NCBI GenBank assembly: GCA_032718475.1 | Contig: JAUCBJ010009093.1 | Location: 1 to 41,238 of the forward strand | Direction of reading: 5' to 3' | Source of the DNA: Nemertoderma westbladi | Lineage: Eukaryota > Animalia > Xenacoelomorpha | DNA: 41,238 nucleotides | Shown here: piece after piece, positions 24,901 to 35,531 of the stretch | How the letters are laid out: every line of letters begins with the position of its first letter | Numbering within the stretch: the stretch's first letter is position 1 | The notes under the pieces: generated by a model | Database searches by the model: none | Told to the model about the DNA's origin: nothing | What the model saw: the letters and a program-made list of their open reading frames with translations, nothing else | Position numbers and translations under genes: made by a program

Positions 24901-27793
24901 TTATCAGCACCGAAGGTTGGTTGGGTAACTCCTTATATGGGCTGTTTATCAGCACCGAAGGTTGGTTGGGTAACTCCTTATATGGGCTGTTTATCAGCAC
25001 CGAAGGTTGGTTGGGTAACTCCTTATATGGGCTGTTTAACAGCAGTTGGTTGGGTAACTCCCTATATGGGCTGTTTATCAGCACAGAATGTTGATTGGGT
25101 AACTCCTTCTATGGGCTGTTTAACAGCACCAAAGGTTGGTTGGGTAACTCCTTTTATGGGCTGTTTATCAGCACCGAAGGTTGGTCGGGTAACTCCTTAT
25201 GGGCTGTTTATCGGCACCGAAGGTTGGTTGGGTAACTCCTTATATGGGCTGTTTATCAGCACCGAAGGTTGGTCGGGTAACTCCTTATATGGGTTGTTTA
25301 TCAGCACCGAAGGTTGGTCGGGTAACTCCTTACATGGGTTGTTTATCAGCACCGAAGGTTGGTCGGGTAACTCCTTATATGGGTTGTTTATCAGCACCGA
25401 AGGTTGGTCGGGTAACTCCTTATATGGGCTGTTTATCAGCACCGAAGGTTGGTCGGGTAACTCCTTATATGGGCTGTTTATCAGCACCGAAGGTTGGTCG
25501 GGTAACTCCTTACATGGGTTGTTTATCAGCACCGAAGGTTGGTTGGGTAACTCCTTATATGGGCTGTTTAACAGCAGTTGGTTGGGTAACTCCTTATATG
25601 GGCTGTTTATCAGCACCGAAGGTTGGTTGGGTAACTCTTTATATGGGCTGTTTATCAGCGCCGAAGGTTGGTTGGGTAACTCCTTATATGGGCTGTTTAA
25701 CACCAGTTGGTTGGGTAACTCCTTATATGGGCTGTTTAACACCAGTTGGTTGGGTAACTCCTTATATGGGCTGTTTATCAGCACCGAAGGTTGGTTGGGT
25801 AACTCCTTATATGGGCTGTTTAACATCAGTTGGTTGGGTAACTCCTTATATGGGCTGTTTATCAGCACCGAAGGTTGGTTGGGTAACTCCTTATATGGGT
25901 TGTTTATCAGCACCGAAGGTTGGTTGGGTAACTCATTATATGGGCTTTTTAACACCAGTTGGTTGGGTAACTCCTTACATGGGCTGTTTATCAGCACCGA
26001 AGGTTGGTTGGGTAACTCCTTATATGGGCTGTTTAACACCAGTGGGTTGGGTAACTCCTTATATGGGCTGTTTAACACCAGTTGGTTGGGTAACTCCTTA
26101 TATGGGCTGTTTATCAGCACCGACGGTTGGTTGGTTAACTCCTTATATGGGCTGTTTATCAGCACCGAAGGTTAGTTGGGTAACTCCTTATATGGGCTGG
26201 TTAACACCAGTTGGTTGGGTAACTCCGTATATGGGCTGTTTATCAGCACCGAAGGTTGGTTGGGTAACTCCTTATATGGGCTGTTTATCAGCACCGAAGG
26301 TTGGTTGGGTAACTCCTTATATGGGCTGTTTATCAGCACCGAAGGTTGGTTGGGTAACTCCTTATATGGGCTGTTTATCAGCACCGAAGGTTGGTTGGGT
26401 AACTCCTTATATGGGCTGTTTATCGGCACCGAGTTGGTTGGTTAACTCCTTATATGGGCTGTTTAACAGCACCGAAGGTTGGTTGGGTAACTCCTTATAT
26501 GGGCTGTTTATCAGCACCGAAGGTTGGTTGGGTAACTCCTTATATGGGCTGTTTATCAGCACCGAAGGTTGGTTGGGTAACTCCTTATATGGGCTGTTTA
26601 TCAGCACCGAAGGTTGGTTGGGTAACTCCTTATATGGGCTGTTTATCAGCACCGAAGGTTGGTTGGGTAACTCCTTATATGGGCTGTTTATCAGCACCGA
26701 AGGTTGGTTGGGTAACTCCTTATATGGGCTGTTTATCAGCACCGAAGGTTGGTTGGGTAACTCCTTATATGGGCTTTTTATCAGCACCGAGTTGGTTGGG
26801 TAACTCCGTATATGGGATTTTTATCAGCACCGAGTTGGTTGGGTAACTCCTTATATGGGCTGTTTAACACCAGTTGGTCGGGTAACTCCTTATGGGCTGT
26901 TTATCGGCACCGAAGGTTGGTTGGGTAACTCCTTATATGGGCTGTTTATCAGCACCGAGTTGGTTGGGTAACTCCTTATATGGGCTGTTTAACACCAGTT
27001 GGTCGGGTAACTCCTTATGGGCTGTTTATCGGCTCCGAAGGTTGGTTGGGTAACTCCTTATATGGGCTGTTTAACAGCACCGAAGGTTGGTTGGGTAACT
27101 CCTTATATGGGCTGTTTAACACCAGTTGGTTGGGTAACTCCTTATATGGGCTGTTTAACACCAGTTGGTCGGGTAACTCCTTATGGGCTGTTTATCAGCA
27201 CCGAAGGTTGGTTGGGTAACTCCTTATGGGCTGTTTAACAGCACCGAAGGTTGGTTGGGTAACTCCTTATATGGGCTGTTTAACACCAGTTGGTTGGGTA
27301 ACTCCTTATATGGGCTGTTTAACACCAGTTGGTCGGGTAACTCCTTATGGGCTGTTTATCAGCACCGAAGGTTGGTTGGGTAACTCCTTATGGGCTGTTT
27401 AACAGCACCGAAGGTTGGTTGGGTAACTCCTTATATGGGCTGTTTATCAGCACCGAAGGTTGGTTGGGTAACTCCTTATGGGCTGTTTAACAGCACCGAA
27501 GGTTGGTTGGGTAACTCCTTATATGGGCTTTTTAACACCAGTTGGTTGGGTAACTCCTTATATGGGCTGTTTATCAGCACCGAAGGTTGGTTGGGTAACT
27601 CCTTATGGGCTGTTTAACAGCACCGAAGGTTGGTTGGGTAACTCCTTATATGGGCTGTTTATCAGCACCGAAGGTTGGTTGGGTAACTCTTATATGGGCT
27701 GTTTATCAGCACCGAAGGTTGGTTGGGTAACTCCTTATATGGGCTGTTTAACACCAGTTGGTTGGGTAACTCCTTACATGGGCTGTTTATCAG
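3911..27793. repeat. ~23.9-kb satellite array, 45-bp monomer GGGCTGTTTATCAGCACCGAAGGTTGGTTGGGTAACTCCTTATAT, with 39-, 43-, 44- and 37-bp variants
   Basis: Uninterrupted head-to-tail copies, roughly 550 by length/unit estimate. The 39-bp variant has AACACCAGTTGG in place of ATCAGCACCGAAGGTTGG. No unique spacers. Confidence 0.99.
19191..19290. other. Assembly gap (100 N) inside the satellite
   Basis: Run of exactly 100 N, a typical placeholder for a gap of unknown size. Confidence 0.99.
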
Positions 27794-28099
27794 TCACGAA
27801 GACGTGACGGTGGGTTGAACCTGCGCTAACCGGCAGTGAAACTCCCGATGTCGCTGTTCTTCACTTTTTCCCACTTGAATATAATCCTATTATATGATAT
27901 ATTTTTTATTAAAGTTGCATTTTTTAGCTGAACCACAGTTCATTTAATAAAATTTATTTAGACAAACAAAAATAATCCATTTTCACAAGAGTCCGACGAA
28001 GCCACGAAATGTAAATTGCGCCGACAGAATAAGTGCGGTTGTCTTCCTTATTTAGAATATCGGAATAATTTACTAATTATTTCGCAATAATGTTTTCAG

Positions 28100-28240
28100 A
28101 TTATAAATCATTGGACGGGTGGTGCACCAAACTGGCCATGTCTCTGTTACACAGACGACTCCCACCGAGGAACCTGTCTGCAGACCCACCGAAAGTTAAC
28201 TACCTCCATGCCATTCTACATCTCGTTTTCATGAGTAATG
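28100..28240 (+). CDS. Internal coding exon A of an ankyrin-repeat-like gene (phase 1-1, 141 bp)
   Basis: Acceptor TGTTTTCAG|AT and donor AATG|GTAAGT. Open frame (x)YKSLDGWCTKLAMSLLHRRLPPRNLSADPPKVNYLHAILHLVFMSN(G). GC-richer than flanks and in frame with the next exon. Absent from the ORF track. Confidence 0.7.
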
Positions 28241-28565
28241 GTAAGTAATTTTGGAACGCGAACGAACGTAACGAGTAAGTGAATGTAAAGATGCGAGATG
28301 AGAGCACTGTAGAGAAATTTGTAGCAGTTACGTATATGTATTTTTATCCCAAATGATCGCTATTGAATAACAATTAATTGTTGCCACTTCCTGGAAAACC
28401 TGGAATATTCAGCGAATGTGGTGTACATGACATTATTTAAGTGAAAATATCTAAATATAAATATTTATTAGCGCGTTAGGCTCCCCATTTTATTTCCTTA
28501 TATCACAAATAATCTCAATAATGTTTAAACGTCTCCACAGCAACTAACACATATGTCTATTGCAG

Positions 28566-28682
28566 GTTGTTTAATGGAATTGTTTGAGTTTCTGTGGAAG
28601 AGCGCAAAGAGGGATGAGTGTGAGGCTGTGGATAGTAATGGGAACACCATCCTACATATGTTGGCTAAAGAACAAAGTTACT
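28566..28682 (+). CDS. Internal coding exon B, ankyrin repeat (phase 1-1, 117 bp)
   Basis: Acceptor TATTGCAG|GT and donor ACT|GTAAGT. Encodes GCLMELFEFLWKSAKRDECEAVDSNGNTILHMLAKEQSY with the ankyrin signature D-x-x-G-N-T-x-L-H. Confidence 0.8.
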
Positions 28683-28734
28683 GTAAGTTATATAAACTAT
28701 TACTATTGGCCTCTAGGTGGTGCGCAATTTACAA

Positions 28735-29565
28735 TGTGGGGCGAGCCACGGTAGTAAATGAGCTTAGCATACGGGTACCACTAACTCAGTCGGTGTGTTT
28801 GTGAATCTGTCGATTCGATTATTTAAACGTTAGTAACTCGGTCAATCCTCGATGAAATCTATCCAAACTTGGTAGACATGTTGTTTGGCAAAATTTGAGA
28901 AATTTTTAGGGGTGTGCCCGATTTCCGGCCGGGCTGGAATTCCGGTTGGATTTTGAGAAAAAAATCCGGCTCCGACCGGATTTCAATTTTTTGGCCGGAT
29001 TTCAATTTCAACGAATTGTTGTCCAAATTTACAATTAATATAAATTTTCAAAAAAAAACATAAAAATAAATTTTCTTTTAAATTCAAACAAATTAAAATA
29101 TAAGCAAATACAATGGAATACACGTAGGTTGGGGATTCGCGCAGCACCGCACCCAGCCAGATGAGCCTTTGCGAGGAGGTACAATCTGTGGACCTAGTCA
29201 TTCGCCCCCTAGCGGCAGACAGAGGAACTGTAAAAGTATGTCTGTGAGCAGAATGTCAGCAATACCCGTAGGTCACTCATTCCACATTTCAGATGAATCT
29301 GATGGTTGATTCTATTGCAGATACTTTTACGTTTCTGTCAATTCGCCCCCCTAGCGACAGATGGATGAACTACAGAACATAAGTCTGTCTGTGTGTAGAA
29401 TTTCTAAACTTTTGATAGACTACAACATGTGTACCAAGTTTGGTTCTATTTCCCCAATATGATTGACTGACGCATTAGCGTTCAAAAATTTACGACGACG
29501 TCAGACGGGCCACTAATGATACCCCTAAGCTAAGGCTCACCTGGACTTACATGGCTCGCCCCACA
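28735..29565. mobile_element. Non-autonomous inverted-repeat element (831 bp), superfamily unassigned
   Basis: Perfect 14-bp TIR TGTGGGGCGAGCCA (28735-28748) / TGGCTCGCCCCACA (29552-29565). Degenerate inverted similarity continues ~170 bp (CCAAACTTGGTAGACATGTTGT versus ACAACATGTGTACCAAGTTTGG). Flanks TTACAA/ATACAA may be an imperfect 6-bp TSD. Confidence 0.75.
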
Positions 29566-29891
29566 ATACAATTTTTTTTATAGTTTGTATTAAATTCATT
29601 CATATTATGAATATTAAAGCAGAGCTATCATTTTATGATCATCTACATGCTGAGCTGACTGACTACTTTTTGCCAATAATATTTGTATTTGGTTGGGCTC
29701 AGCCCCACTAACACTTAATATATGGGTCATTCTCTTCAAAAGTGGCCAAAATGGTGCTCAAAATAGGTCGATTTTTTTTCTCTATAATGCTGTCAAACTA
29801 TATATCACTATAATCGAAATTTTGCGTGGATTTCGAAAAAACACATGTCCCACCTTAATTCGAATTAGGTAAAAAGTTATGGACAAAAAAC

Positions 29892-29948
29892 AAATGTCAC
29901 GTGTGTAATGAAATGTCACGGGTGTAATGAAATGTCACGGGTGTAATG
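29892..29948. repeat. 3 x 19-bp subterminal repeat AAATGTCACG(T/G)GTGTAATG of the transposon
   Basis: Three tandem copies. Inverted copies (CCATTACACACGTGAC) occur at ~31206, ~31417 and ~31620, with variants at ~31235-31268. Confidence 0.9.
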
Positions 29949-30023
29949 GCAATAATTTACCTAGAATATATTGGTGGGACGAAGGGAGGGAGGGGGGGGG
30001 GGTGGTATAAATGTCACATGAGT

Positions 30024-30317
30024 ATGCTGTAGGCTGATTTATAACTTACACGGGAACTTTAAAAATTATTATAACAATTTTACAACATTTTACAGCATTT
30101 TAATATTTGTTCAATCTGATTTCTGTAATGAAAATATTTTTATAAATATTAGATTAACGTTAGTTAATTATAATTAACTAACGTTAATCTAATATCTATA
30201 AAAATATTTTCATTACAGAAATCAGATTGAACAAATATTAAAATGCTGTAAAATGTTGTAAAATTGTTATAATAATTTTTAAAGTTCCCGTGTAAGTTAT
30301 AAATCAGCCTACAGCAT
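30024..30317. repeat. 294-bp spacerless palindrome (147-bp arms, one mismatch)
   Basis: Centre TAGTTAATTA|TAATTAACTA at 30170/30171. Arms pair out to ATGCTGTAGG...CCTACAGCAT, with a single mismatch at 30145/30196. Confidence 0.97.
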
Positions 30318-30379
30318 TTATATTATTATTTATATAGTATTAGTTTAATGTATGCTCATGAGTATAATATACCGTATTA

Positions 30380-31006
30380 TCATTCGAGCTCGAATCCCAG
30401 AAACTCAGTTTCTGAATCGGAGTTCATTTCTTGTTCATTGGATTCGACATTGAGGTAGTGGACCTCTCCATGAGCTATACAACGGACAGGGCATAACTTC
30501 CCACATGAAACGTTTTTCACTATAATACGCTTGTTTTCGGGATCGAATACAATCTCGTGGGCTTTGCCTATACCTTTGATATCCGTTGTCTGTTTTCCTT
30601 TGACTTCTTTATCAGTGGCTTCCACGTCTTTAACACCATAGGAATACACATCAGTTTTTAAATCTTTCAATAACTCAAGTATCATATCAAAGTTTGGTGT
30701 ACTGTTACCAACTCTCATGCCAATAATTTGATCAAGGTACCTCTTTATACTCCCCGCTATACCATCAACAGCCCCCTTTCCGTGCCCACTCTCAAGATAG
30801 ATCCAAGAAAGGTTGATGTCTTTTGCAGCTGCATAGCATTCCGTCTGTCGATCCCGTACCTTTTCTTTATAACTTCCTTCTTCCTTTAGCCGTCTCCTAT
30901 ACTTCGCAACCCGTTCTCTGTTCAGGCGTTTTGCCCTGTCTTTAACTGTCTCTTCTGTGGCATTCCCATTACCCCCCTCCAGTCTCATCGTGCGTTTCCG
31001 TTTCAT
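30380..31006 (-). CDS. Truncated transposase-derived ORF (208 aa)
   Basis: Basic N-terminus (MKRKR..RERVAKYRRRLK) joined directly to WIYLESGHGKGAVDGIAGSIKR and an acidic tail. Lies inside the TIR element and is far too short for a full DDD/E transposase. Confidence 0.7.
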   Translation of the reverse strand: MKRKRTMRLEGGNGNATEETVKDRAKRLNRERVAKYRRRLKEEGSYKEKVRDRQTECYAAAKDINLSWIYLESGHGKGAVDGIAGSIKRYLDQIIGMRVGNSTPNFDMILELLKDLKTDVYSYGVKDVEATDKEVKGKQTTDIKGIGKAHEIVFDPENKRIIVKNVSCGKLCPVRCIAHGEVHYLNVESNEQEMNSDSETEFLGFELE

Positions 31007-32551
31007 AGTTTCACAGTGATCACTCCTTATTTATTACGCACTTACCAGCTTAGAGTTGATAAATACAGAGTAGTAGTACAGTAGCGTAAGTTCTGATGTG
31101 GCCTAACATTACTGTAATTCAGACAGAAACTACAATAATACATAGCAAACTGAAAGTACTGTTGTAGTAGGCCTACCGTACCATAATGCAAATTCTAAAA
31201 ATTTTCCATTACACACGTGACATGTGTGTAATGGATTACACACATGACATTAATTACACACATGACATACATACTTTATAGGCTGCTAGATGTAAAGGTA
31301 CGTCGTATAACTCTTATTAATGGGATTATTTAGCAAGCCTTTGCCATGGCTTTTCTAAAAAACATAACTTCAGCCTATATAATCCATTTAATATTAAGAT
31401 ATAGCTGATTGTGTGACCATTACACACGTGACGTTTATGCGTAACCATTTGACTTAAAGGCCGACTTTGCTGCATTCAAAGCAAGCTATCTTTGCTTCAA
31501 ATGGTTGAAATAACTTAAAAATGGTTTTAAAAGTAAGCTGAAAGGATGCTAAATGTAATAAAATAAACGTATAATTTGTTACGGTTTCTTAAGGTTGGCG
31601 ACTCGTAGCATCTTTGAAACCATTACACACGTGACAATTATGCTTAACCATTTTAACCGGATAGTTTCATTGATTAGTGTTCGTTCTGAATATATAAAAA
31701 TGTACAATTAATAGTGTTATTGGGCAGAAAAAATTATAGGCTTTCAGAAAATATACAACATGTCTAAGTTTAAGGAAAACCACAACATGTTAGTTGATGA
31801 CAAAGCATGTCAACTCAAAAAAAAAAATTTAGAAATCTGCATTTTTTCATATTTGATCACCGATAACTTTTCAACACTTTTATTCATTGTTAATATATTT
31901 TTTTCGTAAGCATGGTTATAAAATTCCCTTCAAAATGATATATAGTTTCCATACATTTCTGTCAGATTGAACTTGATTATTGAAGGGCAAATATTGTACT
32001 ACCAATTTGGCCACTTTTGAAGAGAATGACCCATATAATAAATAGTACATACACCCACCCATATACTAATTATAACTAGTCAATAATTATTATATTGTCC
32101 CAGCCAGCGCGCAAGAGTTGATGTTAGGTCTAGGTATTATTATAAATTGAGATAAAGCTTACCACCGTGAATGGGCCAGTTTATTCGACAGGCAATTTAG
32201 AAACTCTAGTAAATCCAATTTACAATTTATTTATAAAATCAATCCATTTTATATCAAATACCTAATCGTCGTAGGTTATGGTACAAAAATAGTAGTTTAT
32301 CTCCACGATCCGGAAGTAGACGAGAGCGGTTCTCATCAAATACATTACCAGCCTCTACAAATATTCGCTCGGAATAAATTGGACGGTGGTGATACTAAAT
32401 ATGTATAGAGTATTTGTAGATTAGGAAATGATCCCTTATTTGTAGCCAACCAACGTAAAACGCTCTTCTCGACCCCTTTAGTTGGGATAATTTACATATT
32501 CAAATATTAAATTTCTGTTATTAATCTTCAAATATTATTCTTCTAGACACT

Positions 32552-32719
32552 TGTTATTTGCGTAATTGTAACCAAAACAATAAACTGAAGTCAATAACAG
32601 GTTTCAGTTTTATTTTTGAGAGTGATCATCTGTTATTTGCGTAATTGTAACCAAAACAATAAACTGAAGTCAATAACAGGTTTCAGTTTTATTTTTGAGA
32701 TTGATCAACTGTTATTTGC
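32552..32719. repeat. 79-bp tandem repeat, ~2.1 copies
   Basis: TGTTATTTGC recurs at 32552, 32631 and 32710 with near-identical sequence between. Each unit has an internal AAACTGAA/TTCAGTTT inverted pair. Confidence 0.9.
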
Positions 32720-32829
32720 ATCGTCTCTACCTTGGTAAGGTCTAATTTTGTGTCCCCCCGTAAACAATACTTTCGTTTTATTATATTTTTATTTACAAAT
32801 TAATAAAATCTTTTTTATTTTTGTTTTAG

Positions 32830-33042
32830 TGAACAATAATTGCGCGAAGAAGTTATTCAAGTTAATAACGAGTTTAACTCCGACTGGCGGATCTCCCGTT
32901 TGTTTCGTTGAGAATAAAAACAAGGAGGGTTACATCCCCGGAGACTACGTCGCCAGTACCGACTATCTGTATAGGTACTTCCGAGAGCTGACCCCCTTCG
33001 GTAGTCTTAATGCGGGATTCCGTGGGCCCGGGCGCAGAACGG
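32830..33042 (+). CDS. Internal coding exon C, completes the ankyrin repeat (phase 1-1, 213 bp)
   Basis: Polypyrimidine acceptor TTTTTGTTTTAG|TG and donor ACGG|GTTAGT. Encodes (L)NNNCAKKLFKLITSLTPTGGSPVCFVENKNKEGYIPGDYVASTDYLYRYFRELTPFGSLNAGFRGPGRRT; NKNKEGYIPGD resembles the ankyrin N-x-K-N-x-x-G-x-T-P-x-D turn. In frame with exon B. Confidence 0.75.
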
Positions 33043-33063
33043 GTTAGTGTGGGAGTATAGTCT

Positions 33064-34823
33064 CTAGTTAGCATGTCACACTAACTCACCAGAAACTAGT
33101 TAGCATGTCACACTAACTCACCAGACTATTTAGCATGTCACACTAACTCATCAGACACTAGTTAGCATGTCACACTAACTTACCAGACACTAGTTAGCAT
33201 GTCACACTAACTCACAAGACACTAGTTAGCATGTCACACTAACTCACCAGACACTAGTTAGCATGTCACACTAACTCACCAGACACTAGTTATCATGTCA
33301 CACTAACACACCAGCTGTTAGTTAGCATGTCATACTAACACACCAGCTGTTAGTTAGCATGTCACACTAACTCACCAGACACTAGTTAGCATGTCACACT
33401 AACACACCAGCCGTTAGTTAGCATGTCACACTAACTCACCAGACACTAGTTAGCATGTCACACTAACTCACCAGACACTAGTTATCATGTCACACTAACA
33501 CACCAGCTGTTAGTTAGCATGTCATACTAACACACCAGCTGTTAGTTAGCATGTCACACTAACTCACCAGACACTAGTTAGCATGTCACACTAACACACC
33601 AGCCGTTAGTTAGCATGTCACACTAACTCACCAGACACTAGTTAGCATGTCACACTAACACACCAGCCGTTAGTTAGCATGTCACACTAACTCACCAGAC
33701 ACTAGTTAGCATGTCACACTAACTCACCAGACACTTGTTAGCATGTCACACTAACTCACCAGCCGATAGTTAGCATGTTACATTGACAGTATACACTTGT
33801 TAGCATGTCACCCTAATTCACCGGCCGCTAGTTAGCATGACATACTAACCCACTAGTCGCTAGTTAGCATGTCACACTAACTCATTAGACACCAGTCAGC
33901 CTGTCACACTAACTCACTAGACACTAGTTAGCATGCCACTCTTATTCACCAGACACTAGTTAGCATATCACACTAACTCACTAGACACTAGTTGCATATC
34001 ACACTAACTCGGTAGACACTAGTTAGCATGTCACACTAACTCACCAGCCTTTTTTAGCATGTCACACTAACTCATTAGACACTAGTCAGCCTGTCACACT
34101 AACTCACTAGACACTAGTTAGCATGTTATACTAACTAACTCACCAGCCGCTACTTAGCATGTCACACTAACTCAGTATACACTAGTTAGCATGTCACACT
34201 AACGCAGTATACACTAGTTAGGATGTCACACTAACTAACTCACCAGACGCTAGTTAGCATGCCACACTTATTCACCAGACACTAGTTAGCATATCACACT
34301 AACTCACTAGACACTAGTTAGCGTGCCACACTTATTCACCAGACACTAGTTAGCATATCACACTAACTCACTGGACACTAGTTAGCATGTCAAACTAACT
34401 CAGTAGACACTAGTTAGCATATCACACTAACTCACTAGCCGCTAGTTGGCATGTCATACTAACTCAGCAGCCCTTTTTTAGCATGTCACACTAACTCACT
34501 AGACACTAGTTAGCATGTCACACTAACTCACTAGACACTAGTTGACATGTCACACTAACTCACCAGCCCTTTTTTAGCATGTCACACTAACTCACTAGAC
34601 ACTAGTTAGCATGTCACACTAACTAACTCACCAGCCGCTAGTTAGCATGTCACACTAACTGAGTAAACACTAGTTAACATATCCCACTAACTTATTAGAC
34701 ACTAGTTAGCATGTCACACTAACTCAGTAGACACTAGTTAGCATGTCACACTAACTCACTAGTCACTAGTTAGCATGTCACACTAGACACTAGTTAGCCT
34801 ATCACACTCAATCTCTAGACACT
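33064..34823. repeat. 32-bp minisatellite CTAGTTAGCATGTCACACTAACTCACCAGACA (~55 copies)
   Basis: Head-to-tail copies, more diverged toward the right. A degenerate tail resumes at 38535-38580 after the inserted element. Confidence 0.97.
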
Positions 34824-35531
34824 AGTAGTATAAGTTTGCACGGCTTTGAGACAGTTATACCTCACTGACACCCATTGGGTGTCATATAACACACAATTAT
34901 CACCCATAGGGTGTCATTGGCGCCAGACTGTCTGGGTGACACCTCCCCATTAGGCTAATTAGTCATCAATTAATTAGTACATTTAATCCCTCATAGGTGT
35001 CTTACAACTCCAAATTAGGGTTTAATTGATTATCCTAATATACAGACCACTTAGCGCCCTAACACCTAATGGGTCATGAGTCTTGAGTGATGTCCAACCA
35101 TCGCAAAGTCGACCAAACGGGTGTCATAAGTGACACCTCTGATTACTCTTATCTATTGATATTTATTTATTTCTATTTAATTTTAAATTAATTAATTGTA
35201 TTACTTTTACATTATTTAATTGTATTACTTATTTAATTAATAAATTGATTTCTATTTTTAGAATTAGCAATAAATAGTTTTATATATATTACTTACAGAA
35301 TGACGTTATTGATGGCACCACCCCGGCTACCGCCTCGCCATAGACTTTCAGGCCGCCATATTTAGCCATAGGGTATACAGGTCCTATACTAGTAACTAAT
35401 TACTCTGTTGCGGCCCTCCTTTAAGCGGTTAACAACCTAACTTAGGCCCTCCCCTCCATCTACAGTAATCCCCCTACTGCAACTTCATCTTAACAAGGTT
35501 AATTAATTCGAGTTGATATAGCATCTCAGAG

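Larger units (their letters stand above)
29724..32032 (-). mobile_element. Sola2-like DNA transposon, internally deleted (2309 bp)
   Basis: 27-bp perfect TIR GGGTCATTCTCTTCAAAAGTGGCCAAA (32 bp with 1 mismatch) and ATAT on both sides (29720-29723, 32033-32036). GRG..CYC ends with a 4-bp TSD and the ORF motif GHGKGxxDG fit Sola2 as I recall it. The element is certain; the family less so. Confidence 0.8.

Noticed and set aside
3911-27793. CRISPR-like array
   Set aside because: No unique spacers, no cas genes, and a eukaryotic context of spliceosomal introns and Gypsy/RTE elements.
3911-27793. Hammerhead ribozyme or retrozyme in the monomer (minus strand CTGATAA)
   Set aside because: The core needs CUGANGA plus a stem and GAAA; the monomer has CUGAUAA and no correctly placed GAAA.
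3853-27807. More than 100 long repetitive ORFs (MGCLSAPKVGWVTPY, GLFISTEGWLGNSLY, NSPYKELPNQPSVLI)
   Set aside because: By-product of a 45-bp unit lacking stops in three frames. Frequent 43-, 44- and 37-bp monomers shift frame freely and variation shows no synonymous bias.
32900-32952. SH3-like motif EGYIPGDYV
   Set aside because: The upstream SH3 features (ALYDY, conserved Trp) are absent, and the context fits the turn of an ankyrin repeat continuing from exon B.
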